From positions 41,416,001-41,480,000 of the forward strand of contig OX597827.1 in NCBI GenBank assembly GCA_951406725.2: 64,000 nt of DNA. Direction: 5' to 3'. Each line of letters starts with the position of its first letter. Positions within the stretch are counted from its first letter, which is position 1. This document shows positions 29,709 through 43,533 of the stretch, piece after piece. Origin of the DNA: Octopus vulgaris (Eukaryota). The translations under genes and the position numbers were made by a program. The notes below the pieces were generated by a model that made no database searches, was not told the DNA's origin, and saw only the letters and a program-made list of their open reading frames with translations.

Positions 29709-30847
29709 CACACATACGTATATAGGTGAGAGACAGACATTCTCTGTATAGAATACACTTTGTAGTGCTCAAGAGATTCGAACTCGAGCAGGTAGAGGAG
29801 TTATTGTAAGGATAAGCATGTTAGGCATGTCGATATACGAAAAATATTAAATACATTTAATACAATAAATGTACGTATGTTTACATATAAAAAGGTCCGA
29901 CTTGCACAGAATAGAAATGATATCAGGAACTAAAGAGGTTGAAGAAGAGTTTTACAGCTGTTTCTGGTGGGGATGGTATGTGTTTGGTATGTGTTTGTGG
30001 TGTGTTTGTCTTTGTGTTTGCCTGTTTTTGTCCCACACCACAACTTGGCCACCGATGTTGGTTCCTTCGCATCCCCTTATCTTAACGGTTCGGTAAAAGA
30101 GACCGACAGATCAAGTACTAGACTTAAAAAAATAATAATAAATAGGTATTGGCTTTGATTTGTTACTCTAAACACTTCAAGGCGGTGTCCCAGCATGGCC
30201 GCAATCCAGTGACCGAAAGAAATATAAGATAAAAAGATATGAAAATACAAATACTCTAGTCTATTAGCTGGTGGAGGTTCGAGTCCTAGGGCCCACAAGG
30301 GTGGAGCTCATTCCAGTTTCCGAGTTTCTTCATCCACCTGGATGGGTCACCGGTCTGTGGCAGGTTAACTTTCCAACTTTTGTTGGAGCTCATTCACATT
30401 TGAGAGGACTGGAGGAGCTACGTAAAATGAAGTGTTTTGCTCAAGAACACGTCGCACCGCTCAATCTGGAAATCGAAAGCACGATCTTAACACCATGAAT
30501 GTAAACATCCTAAACACTAGTTCACGCGAGGGGCGGAGGGAAACCAAAAATTTCAACAATTTCTTTTTTTATTTTGGTGGAGCCAAGTCTGGTATTCATC
30601 AAATTTTGAATTGCCAGACTGAAATACAAACATTGAAGATTACACTGGTATGTTGTAAATTCATTAAAACTATTTAAATTAATTAATTATGAGTGTAAGT
30701 AGGGAATAGGTAGGACTCTGTTCTACATACAAACCTTCCATTCATCTGAAATACTCAACAGAAATATTTGACTTAACATTAACCATCAAGTGATCGGTAT
30801 TCTGAATGCATTTTGTACTTCTAATTTCTATACCTACTTCCATCAAC

Positions 30848-31045
30848 TGTGACCCGACAGAATCGTTATCGCGCTAGACAAACCACTTAACTGGTATTTT
30901 CTCTGGCTCTTTACGTAATGTTTTGTGAGTTCAAATTCCTGCAAGGTGGTCGACTTTTCCTTTCGGTGGTCGATAAGAACACTAGGGTCTATGTAATCAA
31001 CTTCACCTGTCTCTCAGAAGTTGCTGGCCTTGTGCCAAAAATCAG
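30848..31045 (+). mobile_element. SINE family B, diverged
   Basis: 'gagttcaaattcc..ggtcgacttt..ggtcgataag..ggccttgtgccaaaa'. Confidence 0.7.
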
Positions 31046-31316
31046 GAAACATTTTTTTTTTATATTTACGAACATTGGCAGTGTTGTGTCAAACAAAGGC
31101 ATGCACACTCACGCACATGTATGTATATGTGTATGTGGGTATGTATATGTGTGTGTGTATGTGGCTATATGTGTATGTATGAATATATATATATATGTGT
31201 AGGTATATATATGTATGTTCACATATATATGTAGATATACATACATACACACACACACATACATATATATGTATATATATGTATATATATATATATATAC
31301 ATATATCCATATATAC

Positions 31317-31370
<54 letters not shown>

Positions 31371-31372
<2 letters not shown>

Positions 31373-31742
31373 TCTTATTTGTTTTAGTCATTTGACTGCG
31401 GCCATACTGGAGCACCGTCTTTTTCGAGCAAATCGACCCCGGGACTTATTCTTTGTAAGCCTAGTATTTATTCTATCGGACTGTTTAGTCGAACCACTAA
31501 GTTACGGTGACGTAAACACACTAACATCAGTTGTCAAGCGATAGTGGTGGTCAAATACACACACACACACACATATATATATATACGACGAGCTTCTTTC
31601 AGTTTCCGTCTATCAAATCCTCTCACAAGACTTTGGTCGGCCCGAGGCTATAGTAGAAGACACTTGCCCAAGGTTCCACGCAGTGGGACTGAACCATGTG
31701 GTTGGTAAGCAAGCTACTTACCACACACCCACTCCTGCGCCT
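31371..31742 (-). mobile_element. SINE family A
   Basis: Near full-length homolog. Confidence 0.9.
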
Positions 31743-31762
31743 ATCTATCCATCCATCCATCC

Positions 31763-31844
<82 letters not shown>

Positions 31845-31845
31845 G

Positions 31846-32043
31846 TAGTTGGAATTTACAAAAGAATAAACAAAACAAAAGACGAATACGAGTGTGTAAA
31901 CAACAAACAGATGTGTTAGTTTAACGCTCGGGATGTGAGAAAGTCTTTTACGTTTCGAGCCTACGCTCTTCGACAGAAAGGAACACAGAAATAAACAGAG
32001 AGAGAGAAAATAAAAATAGGTTTAGTGACTAGCGATCAATCAT
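31846..32043 (-). mobile_element. HHR-bearing element family C; motif at 31945-31980 with core CTGTCGA
   Basis: Minus strand reads CTTT-CTGTCGA-A-GAGC GTAG GCTC-GAAAC-GTA-AAAG. Confidence 0.65.
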
Positions 32044-32068
32044 CCCCCCTTTCTCTCTCTCTCTCTTT

Positions 32069-32128
<60 letters not shown>

Positions 32129-32459
32129 CATATTTATATGGGCGTGTATTACTCTCTATACCCGTACTTTCAATATCATATCACCCGTAACAGAATTTGT
32201 TTGTATTATGTAGTACTGACTGTGAGGCATCGTCGGTACCCTTATATGAAATCCACTGTGGCATTATATACCTATATAAATGTGAATGTATATTACTCTG
32301 TGTACGCTCAGTCTGATTATCATATTATCTATGCCGTAGTATTTGATTGTATTATATAGTACTGACAGTTAAGAGAGCTACCAATACCTAAAAAATAATA
32401 TTACTACGTTATTATGTTGGCACGAATATAGCGAATATACAACTCTCTCTCTATATATA

Positions 32460-32527
<68 letters not shown>

Positions 32528-33239
32528 TTATGTATGTGTGTGTGTGTATGTGTGTATGTGTGTGTGTGTGGACTGTATTTACATGATGTCTTTTTCACTA
32601 ATAATTATTACATAGCTACAACTATCAAACATGCATTAGGAAAATAAAACGAAAACTAAAAAAAAATAAAATAAAATAAAATAAAAATAAGAAATAAGTG
32701 GAAATTTTACCGGTGAGTGTGTTAAATTATAAGGCACAAAAAGAAAATGACCCTCCCCAGATACAGCAGAATACACTATGTTACTCTGCGTTGTAAAATG
32801 CATACAGGGTATTCGAAATAAATTTGGCGATTTTTGTTTTTTAATATCTCAGCCTTATTTTTTTCAAGAACTGCTTGATGTATTGATGAACAGCTAACGG
32901 CACTGGAGAATATAAAGATTAAAGTTATAGTTGAGAAAAAGTTAGCTGACATGGAGAACTGGAAGCTATCTGAATCCACGGAAAAGAGTTACGCGTATTA
33001 TGATGCTTCGTGCCACGTATCAAAATGGCGACATCATGACTGCTTGCTCCTTGCTCTGTGAATACTGTTAAGGCTGTAAGACTGCTGATATACTTCTCAA
33101 TACACGTTATCTTATTTGACGCTAATTTACACTGTTAACTAGCACAATCACCAATATCTGACAAACATGGTTGTTGCTAAGTTCTTAAGAATCTGAACAT
33201 GTTTCTATCGCATTTTGTTTTCCGTTTAACATTTTATAT

Positions 33240-33655
33240 ACTCTTTTACTCTTTTACTTGTTTCAGTCATTTGACTGCGGCCATGCTGGAGCACCGCCTT
33301 TAATCGAGCAACTCGACCCCGGGACTTATTCTTTTTTTGTAAGCCCAGTACTTATTCTATCGGCTCCGTTTTGCCGAACCGCTTAGTGACGGGGACGTAA
33401 ACACACCAGCATCGGTTGTCAAGTAATGCTAGGGGGACAAACACAGACATACAAACATATACACACACACTTATATATATATACATATATACGACGGGCT
33501 TCTTTCAGTTTCCGTCTACAAAATACACTCACAAGGCATTGGTCGGCCCGGGGCTATAGCAGAAGACACTTGCCCATGATGCCACGCAGTGGGACTGAAC
33601 CCGGAACCATGTGGTTGGTTAGCAAGCTACTTACCACACAGCCACTCCCGCGCCT
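33240..33655 (-). mobile_element. SINE family A
   Basis: Full-length homolog. Confidence 0.9.
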
Positions 33656-33684
33656 ATATATATTTTTTAATATAATCTGTACTT

Positions 33685-33862
33685 AGGCGGCGAGCTGGCA
33701 GAATCGTTACCGCGCCGGGTGACAATGCTTAGCGGCATTCCGTCTGTCTTTACATTTCTGAGTTCAAATTCCGCAGGGGTCGACTCTACCTTTCATCCTC
33801 TCAGTGAAACAGTACCAGTGAAACATTGGGGTCGATGTAATCGGCTTGCCCCCTTCTCCGAA
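33685..33862 (+). mobile_element. SINE family B
   Basis: Head AGGCGGCGAGCTGGCAGAATCGTTA and B-box-like GAGTTCAAATTCC. Confidence 0.8.
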
Positions 33863-34133
33863 TTATACATACATATATACGACGGGCTTCTTTCAGTTTC
33901 TGTCTACCAAATCCACTCACAAGACTTTGGTCAGCCCGAGGCTATAGTAGAAGACACTTGCCCAATGTGCCATGCAGTGGGACTGAACCCGGAACCATGT
34001 GGTTGGTAAGAAAGCTACTTACCATACAGCCACTCCTACGAAAATTTATTAGTAAAAAACACGCACAAAACACATCCAAAACACCAAATTTTCTTGAAAT
34101 TTAGCTTTCTAGGATCACTAAAATAAGATAGAT

Positions 34134-34349
34134 ACTCTTTTACTCTTTTACTTGTTTCAGTCATTTGACTGCGGCCATGCTGGAGCATCGCCTTTAGTTG
34201 AGCAATTCGACCCCGGGACTTATTCTTTGTAAGCCCAGTACTTATTCTATCGGTCTCTTTTGCAGAACCGCTAAGTGACGGGTACGTAAACACACCAGCA
34301 TCGGTTGTCAAGCGATGTTGGAGGGGGGGGACAAACACAGACACACAAA

Positions 34350-34411
<62 letters not shown>

Positions 34412-34583
34412 CATATATACGACAGGCTTCTTTAAGTTTCCGTCTACCAAATCCACTCACAAGGCATTGGTCGGCCCGGGGCTATACTAGAAGACACTTG
34501 CCCAAGATGCCACGCAGTGGGACTGAACCCGGAACCATGTGGTTGGTTAGTAAGCTATTTACCACACAGCCACTCCTGCGCCT
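34134..34583 (-). mobile_element. SINE family A
   Basis: Full-length homolog. A further 5' half lies at 33876-34036. Confidence 0.9.
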
Positions 34584-34887
34584 ACAACGGTATTCTTGGC
34601 CCTGATAGTCTGGAACTTCTCATAATCCGCTTTAATCTACGAGCAGGAACTTGAAATTCCTGCGCCTGCCAGATTAGTTTACAGGTTCCTTGTACAGCAG
34701 AGTATTAATACACTTGTATCATTTATTACTAACGTACAAATACATGTATTTCACTTGATTCTTTTCTTTTATTCTTTTTACGTATGTCAGTCTTTTGACT
34801 GCGGCCATGCTGGAGCACCGCCTTGAAGGTTTTTAGTTGAAGAAATCGACTGCGGGACTTCGTACGTATTCTAAGTTAATGGGACGT

Positions 34888-35045
34888 GAGTGGCTGTGTG
34901 GTAAGTAGCTTGCTAACCAATCACATGGTTCCGGGTTCAGTCCCACTGCGTGGCATCTTGGGCAAATGTCTTCTGCTATAGCCCCGGGCCGACCAATGCC
35001 TTGTGAGTGGATTTGATAGGCAGAAACTGAAAGAAACCTGTCGTA

Positions 35046-35088
<43 letters not shown>

Positions 35089-35297
35089 TTGTGTGTCTGT
35101 GTTTGTCCCCTTAGCATTGCTTGACAACCGATGCTGGTGTGTTTATGTCCCCGTCACTTAGCGGTTCGGCAAAAGAGACCGATAGAATAAGTACTGGGCT
35201 TACAAAGAATAAGTCCCGGGGTCGATTGGTCGACTAAAGGTGGTGCTCCAGCATGGCCGCAGTCAAATGACTGAAACAAGTAAAAGAGTAAAAGAGT
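34888..35297 (+). mobile_element. SINE family A
   Basis: Near full-length. Abuts an inverted partial copy at 35303-35522. Confidence 0.9.
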
Positions 35298-35605
35298 ATA
35301 CCAAAACCGGTTGTCAAGCGGTGATGGGGGGACAAACACACACACACACACTCACACATACATATACAAAACAGACTTCTTTCAGTTTCTGTCTACCAAA
35401 TCCACAAGGCTTTCGACGGCCCGAGGCTATAGCAGGAGACATTTCCTCACGGTGCCACGTAGTGGGACTGAACTCGGAACCATGTGGTTGGGAAGCTAGC
35501 TTCTTACCACACAGCCACGCCTATGAATTTAATATTTTTATCATTTAGAGTAGGTTGAATAAAGTGACCACTCCTGGTTCGGAAAAATCAGTATTTCGGA
35601 GAGCA

Positions 35606-35962
35606 TTAGGGTGTTCGGAAAATACTGTCCGATTTTTCGAAAATATTATTTTCAAATTTAATTTAAGGCTTTTTTTTGTAGTGTTTTTGACGAAATTTTA
35701 CATGCTTAATAATTGATGTGTACTCTAATAAATTTTTATTGATTTCTTCCAGAATATAATTTTGAAGCGCAGAAATCCTTAATTACAAACATGAAAAAAG
35801 AAGAAATGTCAACTTTTTTTGCACGAATTCAAGCTTGGACATAATGCTTCCCAAACAGCTGCCAATATCAACAGAACATGAGGTGAAAGGTCCGCTAGTG
35901 ATCGGACGGTACGACGGTGGTTTGAGTGATTCCGTGGTGGGGACGAGAGTCTTGAAGATCAA
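35606..35962 (+). pseudogene. Mariner transposase 5' fragment (HTH domain, Hsmar1/cecropia-like) with left end
   Basis: From ATG 35791, after a frameshift: HEFKLGHNASQTAANINRT*GERSASDRTVRRWFE*FRGGDESLEDQ. TIR-like TTAGGGTGTTCGGAAAAT at 35606. Confidence 0.88.
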
Positions 35963-36129
35963 TATTTGGAATTAAAGGTTCCGGAAAATCGATGTTGGAG
36001 CAGCACCAGTGAAAAGATGCGGGCGATTTAATGTAGAGTCTTTAAAACCCTTTTTAAAGAAGAGCAAGTTGTGATTTGAGAGAGATTTAGCTGCTGCTTC
36101 TCGCAGACTGACCGACTACATTATATAAT

Positions 36130-36302
36130 GGCTTAGCGTTATTTCTTTAAGGTCAACATTCTGTGTTCAAATCCCATCGAGGTCAATTTTGCCATTCATC
36201 CTTTCAGTGTCGATAAATGAAAATACCAGTTAAGTACTGGGGTCGATATAACCGGTTAACACGTTTCCCTTAAAAGTTCTGGCCTTGTGTCAAAATTTGA
36301 AG
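36130..36302 (+). mobile_element. SINE family B, diverged
   Basis: 'gttcaaatccc..gaggtcaa..ttcatcctttc..gtcgataaa..actggggtcgat..ggccttgtg'. Confidence 0.7.
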
Positions 36303-36382
36303 TCGTTTTTAGCGGTGAAGGGAGTGGTTTTGTTATTTATTGTTACGTGTTGGTGTAGGTAGTAGTAGTAGTAGTAGTAGTT

Positions 36383-36419
<37 letters not shown>

Positions 36420-37069
36420 AAATAATACTACTATTTCTAGAGCTACTAATTAGTAGTAGTAGTAGTAGTGGTAGTAGTAGTCTTTCACCGGATCTAGGTT
36501 AGAAACCAGTTCTTTCTCCATTCGCAAGAAATATAGAAACAAAGCTAAGCAACACTCACACACGCACACACACACATGCACCCTCCTCCACTCACTGTGA
36601 GAAAGGAGAAAATGAAAAAAATGAAAAAAATGCTATAGCCATTTGCAGATATGTTACGTGAAGAAAAAAAAAAAAAGGAAATGTCACGTGAAGAAAAAAA
36701 ATGAAAGCTATGTGTTGGCTATTTCGATATCAATTTGTCAATCAACGAACACAACACATCTTACACATAGGGAATAAGGCAATGCCAGCATTGAACTGCA
36801 GAGAAATACCACATACAACGGAAATAAATAGATTCTTAAACGGAAAAAAACACAACTATAAAGAAAATTTGATACAAAACAGACTCTATCCGGCAAATCA
36901 TTGAAGAATTTGATTTATTTACTAGATGTAAAGAATACAGTCAATCGGAATATTAATACAGACCGTCACGCAGCACTGAACGTTAAAGATAATTCAATTC
37001 AGTCAAAAACATTTTACGGATTGGCTCTCAATCGTACAGCCTACTCTGTGTTAAACTCTCTAGAATTTA

Positions 37070-37237
37070 GCAAAGGAGTAGCTGTGTGGTAAGTAGCTTG
37101 CTTACGAACCACATGGTTCTGGGTTTAGTCCCACCGCGTGGCACCTTGGGCAAGTGTCTTCTACTATAGCCTCGGGCCGACCAAAGCCTTGTGAGTAGAT
37201 TTGGTAGACGGAAACTGAAAGAAGCCCGTCGTATATA

Positions 37238-37316
<79 letters not shown>

Positions 37317-37521
37317 TTATGTGTTTGTGTTTGTCCCCCCGACATCGCTTGAGAACCGATGCTGGTGTGTTTACGTCCCCGTAACTTAGCGGTTTGGCAA
37401 AATAGAACCGATAGATAAAGTACTAAGCTTACAAAGAATAAGTGTCCTGGGGTCGATTTGCTCGACTAAAGGCGGTGCTCCAGCATGGCCACAGTCACAT
37501 GACTGAAACAAGTAAAAGAGT
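37070..37521 (+). mobile_element. SINE family A
   Basis: Full-length homolog. Confidence 0.9.
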
Positions 37522-37859
37522 AAACACTGCACACGCAGCACAAATCCAACTTTACAACCATAACACACAACAGCCCCACTCCAACGTTAAAACTATACCA
37601 CGTGGAATTCCAGACCAATACTGCAACCAAATCTGAAGCCACGATTTTGGGATGGATTAGTGACAATCATGTAAGGTTGCAATTCTGGCGGTATTGTATG
37701 GTTATTGTGGTGCTGCTAGAATGTAGTGGTGGGCATGGTAGTAGTTCTGTTGGTTGCTACTGTTTAACTCCAAGACAATCTCAGTCAAGGTTTGTATTCC
37801 AGATGTGACAATCCTATCTTTTTCTTTTAGGAATATGCAGTACTTTTAGGAATATGCAG

Positions 37860-37998
37860 TGGGTTCAGTCCCACTGCGTGGCACCTTGGGCAAGTGTCTT
37901 CTACTATAGCCTCGGTCCGACCAAAGCAGACGAAAGAGTAGATTTGGTAGACGGAAACGGAAAGAAGCCCGTCGTATACATGTATACATATATATGTA

Positions 37999-38085
<87 letters not shown>

Positions 38086-38308
38086 TTGTGTGTCTGTGTT
38101 TGTCCTCCACTCACATCGCTTGACAACCAATGCTGGTGTGTTTATCTTCCCGTAACTTAGCGGTTTGGCAAAAGAGAAGCGATAGAATAAGTACTAAGCT
38201 TACAAAGAATAAGTCCTGGGGTCGATTTGCTCGACTAAAGGAGGTGCTCCAGCATGGCCACAGTCAAATGACAGAAACAAGTAAAAGAGAGTAAAAGGGT
38301 AAAGAGTA
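37860..38308 (+). mobile_element. SINE family A, 5'-truncated
   Basis: Starts at the B-box region. Confidence 0.88.
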
Positions 38309-38309
38309 C

Positions 38310-38580
38310 TACATTGTCTAATTTGGTCTTCGATTACATAGTAAGGTAAAGAGTGATTTTGATAAGGAAGTCCCAAACAAGGCAAGAAACCACTTAGAGT
38401 ACGGGACTATAAAGAAAGGGAAACCAAGATGAAAGGAATGAATTTACTTTAGACTTGAAAGAGTTCAGGTCAAAAGAAGGAGGAAAACAATGAGATGGAA
38501 GAGAGTTCCAAAGTCTAGCAGATCGAGGGAAACAAACGATAACTGTAGAAAGACTTCCTTGTTCGTGGAAGCATGATAGT
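38310..38580 (-). mobile_element. 3' end of a CR1/L2-group non-LTR retrotransposon
   Basis: Minus-strand translation FPRSARLWNSLPSHCFPPSFDLNSFKSKVN contains the WNSLP C-terminal motif. Confidence 0.8.
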
Positions 38581-38683
38581 ATTTGGTTGCTTATTCTATC
38601 GAGATCTTTGCCGAACCGTTAAGTTACGGGGACGTAAACACACCAGCAATGGTTGTCAAGCGATGTTGGGGGAGACAAACACA

Positions 38684-38777
<94 letters not shown>

Positions 38778-39204
38778 CATATACATATACATATAGAGAG
38801 AGTTTATAAATGATAGGAAAACTTCGAGAGTGTTTGTGGGCGGATGAGTGAATTTGATGTTGCTCAAAGTGGTACGGAACCAGCATGATGCGGTAGGGGT
38901 AAACCAGCATATGCTGTCGGGCCCCGCTACTGATATTGGAGGGTTGCGTTCTATGCCTTGACCAGAGCATAGAATGGAGCTCGCCTCTTTGAGCTGGGAA
39001 ATGAATGGAATGCCTGGTGTGTGTTTTGTTGTGGCTTCTCCATTCCCAAAAAATGGAGAATAGCTCTGAGTATATATATATAAACAAAAAATTTATTTCA
39101 TCGACTCCGAAATTATGAAAGAAAAAGCTAGCCTCGGAGGAATGTGAACTTACAACGTAAAGACCGACGAAATACTACAAAGCATTTTGCTCGGCCTACT
39201 CTCT

Positions 39205-39421
39205 CTCTTTACTCTTTTACTTGTTTCAGTCATTTGTCTGTGGCCATGCTGGAGCACCGCCTTCAGTCGAGCAAATCGACCCCAGGACTTATGCTTTGTA
39301 AGCCTAGTACTTATTCTATCGGTCTCTTTTGCTGAACCGCTAAGCTACGGGTACGTAAACACACAAGCATCGGTTGTCAAGCTATGTTGGGGGGACAAAC
39401 ACAGACACACAGACACACAGA

Positions 39422-39519
<98 letters not shown>

Positions 39520-39682
39520 TACGACAGGCTTCTTTCAGTTTCTGTCTACCAAATCCACTCGCAAGACTTTGGTCGCCTTTGGTCGACCCCGAGGCTATAG
39601 TAGAAGACACTTGCTCAAGGTGCCACGCAGTGCTTTTGTTACTTGGTTGGTAAGCAAGCTACTTACCACACAGCCACTCCTT
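39205..39682 (-). mobile_element. SINE family A
   Basis: Full-length homolog. Confidence 0.88.
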
Positions 39683-39719
39683 CGTGTTAATGATTCTAAT
39701 ATCAAATAATAATAATAAC

Positions 39720-39771
<52 letters not shown>

Positions 39772-40409
39772 AGAGCAGTGATTGTAGGAATGGAGATGGC
39801 AATGGTTTCAACGCTTCTTGATTACGTGGTGGTAGTCGTGGTGTGTCGATAGCAATTCTTGGGGAACGGGGTAGTCGTAGTGGTGGTTGTAGTTGTGATG
39901 GAAACTGTAGTAGCGGTGTAAAAGTGATGGTTTTTTTTGTTTTATTGGTTGTCGAAGTACAGTAATGGCGTTGGTGGCGCTAGTTGTAGTCGTAGCGGCC
40001 AAGCTGGTAATAAGGGTAATGGCTATTGTAGTAGTGGCCTTATAGTGGTAGTGGTGGTGATGATGACGGTGGTGCTGGTGGTGGCGCTGGTGCAGGTGAT
40101 GATAATGGTAATTATTATGGTGTTGGCTTTGATAAAGGCAAGCGCTGGCTATAGTGATAACAGTAACGGTGCCGATGGTGGTGAGGAGCTATGAAACGAA
40201 GACATCAAAAGGTAAAAAAAAAAAAAAAATTAATAAAAAAATACAAGAAAAAAATAACAAATAACAAAAACGATGAATTCTAGCGAGAGAAGCAACAACG
40301 CTAGAGTGCACAAGACCTCAGCGACATCTACCTATGTACTGTGTGTGTGTATCTTTGTATATGTATATATATGTGTATATATATATGTTCATATATATTT
40401 TTGTGTGTG

Positions 40410-40496
<87 letters not shown>

Positions 40497-40540
40497 ATAT
40501 ATATATCATATATATCTTAATATATATGTAGATATAACCT

Positions 40541-40587
<47 letters not shown>

Positions 40588-40710
40588 TCCATATATATTC
40601 ATATATATATCTCAATATATATGTAGATATAACCTCCATATATATATATATATCCATATATGTATATATCTATATATATATATATCTCAATATATATGTA
40701 GTTATAACCT

Positions 40711-40767
<57 letters not shown>

Positions 40768-41462
40768 ATTATAATTGGCAACGATGATGATGATGATGAA
40801 GTAATATTAATAATAGTAATAATAATGATAATGATAGTAGCATTAGCAGTAGAAGTAATAGTAGTGGTGGATAAAATTAGATCAATTGTCGTTTCCATGC
40901 AACACACACAGATATGCGTGCGTGCGTGCGTGCGTTTGCGAAAGCACACACACACACACACAGATATAGACGCATACACACTCGTTTTCTTTTCTTTTTT
41001 TTATCATTTTCTATTGTTTTTGTTTGGACCATTACCATCCTCAGATGATCATCATCATCATTATAAATACTTTTGCTCGTCAGTTACGCAAAGAGCGACA
41101 TTCGCGAAACAGTCCGAAACAATCTGAACCCAATGTAAATAGTAACATCTATTTATATTGAGCAATTTTCCTCGCGTACACACATGGACGCTCCGCACAC
41201 ACACGCGAACATAAACTCGCATGCTTATAAGCGCAGGCGTGGCTTGCTTCCCGACCACATGGTTCCGGGTTCAGTCCCACTGTGTGGTACAATAGTCATG
41301 TGTCTTCTACTCTAGCCTCGGACCGACCAAAGCCTTGCGAGTGGATTTGGAAGACGGAAACTGAAAGAAGTCCGTCATGTATATTTGTATCCACTCGCAA
41401 GGCTTCGGTCGGTCCGAGGCTAGAGTAGAAGACCCATGACTATTGTACCACTCAGTGGAACT

Positions 41463-42005
41463 GAATTCACGTTAAGTGAATTCCTTATGTGTATAAATAT
41501 ACACTATATCGTATGACTAATATATAGTCTTCTTGACTAATTTTTTTTGCACGTTAGACCACTGGAAATGTAAATTTTGATTGAATATTTTAATTTTAAT
41601 TAAATTCCATTTGTAAGTTTTTGGATAATTTTCGGTTAAAAGTTGGCGGTTTTTCATTGTAGCCAGCGAATGGACTGCGTCTGCGCAGTAAAATTTGAAA
41701 AGTTAGTTCGTATGAACACGAGACAAGTAGCCTTGTTTATCTCCTGTTGGATATGTTTAACCCTAAGTTGGACCTTGCTGAAGAAAATCAGACCTTGTGA
41801 GTTCCCCCTGACTCGCTAAAAGATGATCAGAAACAAATTGGTCCAGGATACTAGATGGTAAATGTTTTTCATTTCCAAATTTATTCCTGTCAAATTTTAT
41901 CCGTTATTTTTGTGGTTTACAGAACCTAGCTGTTCTTTCTAATGTGTTGAATTCACGTTAAGTGGATTCCTTATGTGTATAAATATACACTATACCGTAT
42001 GACTA
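41463..42005 (+). mobile_element. Penelope-like element with ~55-bp direct terminal repeats and an internal HHR
   Basis: GAATTCACGTTAAGTG(A/G)ATTCCTTATGTGTATAAATATACACTATA(T/C)CGTATGACTA at about 41463 and 41949, followed by (TA)n. Confidence 0.6.
41774..41847 (+). ncRNA. Type I hammerhead ribozyme
   Basis: Stem I CTTG/CAGG; CTGAAGA (41778-41784); irregular long stem II (ATCA..TGAT); GAAAC (41830-41834), AAATTG, GTC (41841-41843). Confidence 0.6.
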
Positions 42006-42039
42006 TATATATGAATATATATATATATATATGTATATG

Positions 42040-42087
<48 letters not shown>

Positions 42088-42166
42088 CATACATACATAC
42101 ATATACATATATACACATACACACACACACACACGTGTACACACACACACACACACACACACACAC

Positions 42167-42266
<100 letters not shown>

Positions 42267-42289
42267 TAGTGTGTGTGCGTCCTCTCAAC

Positions 42290-42616
42290 GATTAGCCGGA
42301 GATGGTTATTAAAATGAGAATATCTGAAATAAACTCGACTGCTGTCACAAACAAGAATATTAAAAATGAACCCGACCACTCTCAAAAATTAAGTAAAAAA
42401 AAAAAAAAAAAACTGGCTAAAATAATCCAGAATCCTTGTCCGGCACCGGATCTATCCCAAAATATAATCAGTTCGTGCTAGTCACAAGGCTGAAAATCCC
42501 TGAAAGTTTCATTCGAATCCATCTTGCGGGTCTTGAGATATCTTGTCCACGGACAAAGAAACAAACAAGCAAACACGACTGAAACAATACCACCGCCTTA
42601 GCAAAGGCGGAGGTAA
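42290..42616 (-). mobile_element. Helentron-type non-autonomous element (HINE/DINE-like)
   Basis: Minus strand begins TTACCTCCGCCTTTGCTAAGGCGGTGGTA (terminal hairpin in a T run), followed by a short (TTTG)-like repeat and 'gatggattcgaatgaaacttt'. Confidence 0.65.
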
Positions 42617-43049
42617 AAAATGAATATGTGTGTGTGTATTTGTATCTCCCCACGGCTTGACAATCGGTGTTGGTGTGTTTACGTTCCTGCAGCTTAGCGA
42701 TAGAATAATCGCCAAGTTTAAAGAGAAAAAAAAGTACTAGGGCCAATTCATTCTCCTAAAAATTCTTCAGGGCGGTGCCCCAGCATGGCTGCAGACTAAT
42801 GACTAAGCAAGTAAGATATAAAAAAGACACAGAAAAGATACATACGCACTCATATCGATTCCCTAAGCTTTGAGTCACGCCTCATTAAAAATTCTCGTGA
42901 GAGTGTATATTGCAGATCGAAGCTAGTGATTATCTATTATCCTACGGATATATATAATTAATATCATATTTCCACCCTTGTGTTTTGTATCTTTAAATTT
43001 CAGTGCAGTCTTATATTTTGGGCCCTAATATCCTAAGGAAGTCCTTTGT

Positions 43050-43228
43050 CTCTCTCTCTCTCTCTCTCTTTCTCTCCACGTTTCTCTCCTTGTTTACTGT
43101 GTCCCTTTCTGTAGAAGAGCGTAGGCTCGAAACGTAAAAGACTTTTTCTATTCCTGAGCGTTGTACTAATACATGTGTTTGTTTTGTACACCACCTGTCT
43201 TCGTCTTTTGTTTTTTTCCGTAAACTCT

Positions 43229-43232
<4 letters not shown>
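43050..43232 (+). mobile_element. HHR-bearing element family C; A6U HHR-like motif at 43105-43140
   Basis: CTTT-CTGTAGA-A-GAGC GTAG GCTC-GAAAC-GTA-AAAG. The 3' end GTAAACTCTCCC joins (TA)n. Confidence 0.65.
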
Positions 43233-43280
<48 letters not shown>

Positions 43281-43284
43281 ATCA

Positions 43285-43347
<63 letters not shown>

Positions 43348-43487
43348 ATACATACATACATACTATATACATACATACATACATACATACATACATACAT
43401 ACAAACATACATATATATATATATAAGGGTAAAAAGTTACGTATATATATATATATACATATACATACATACGCACACACACACACG

Positions 43488-43533
<46 letters not shown>

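Noticed and set aside
38900-39000. 2A-like motif (ILCSGQGIERNPP) on the minus strand near the CR1/L2 fragment
   Set aside because: Lacks the D(V/I)ExNPGP consensus.
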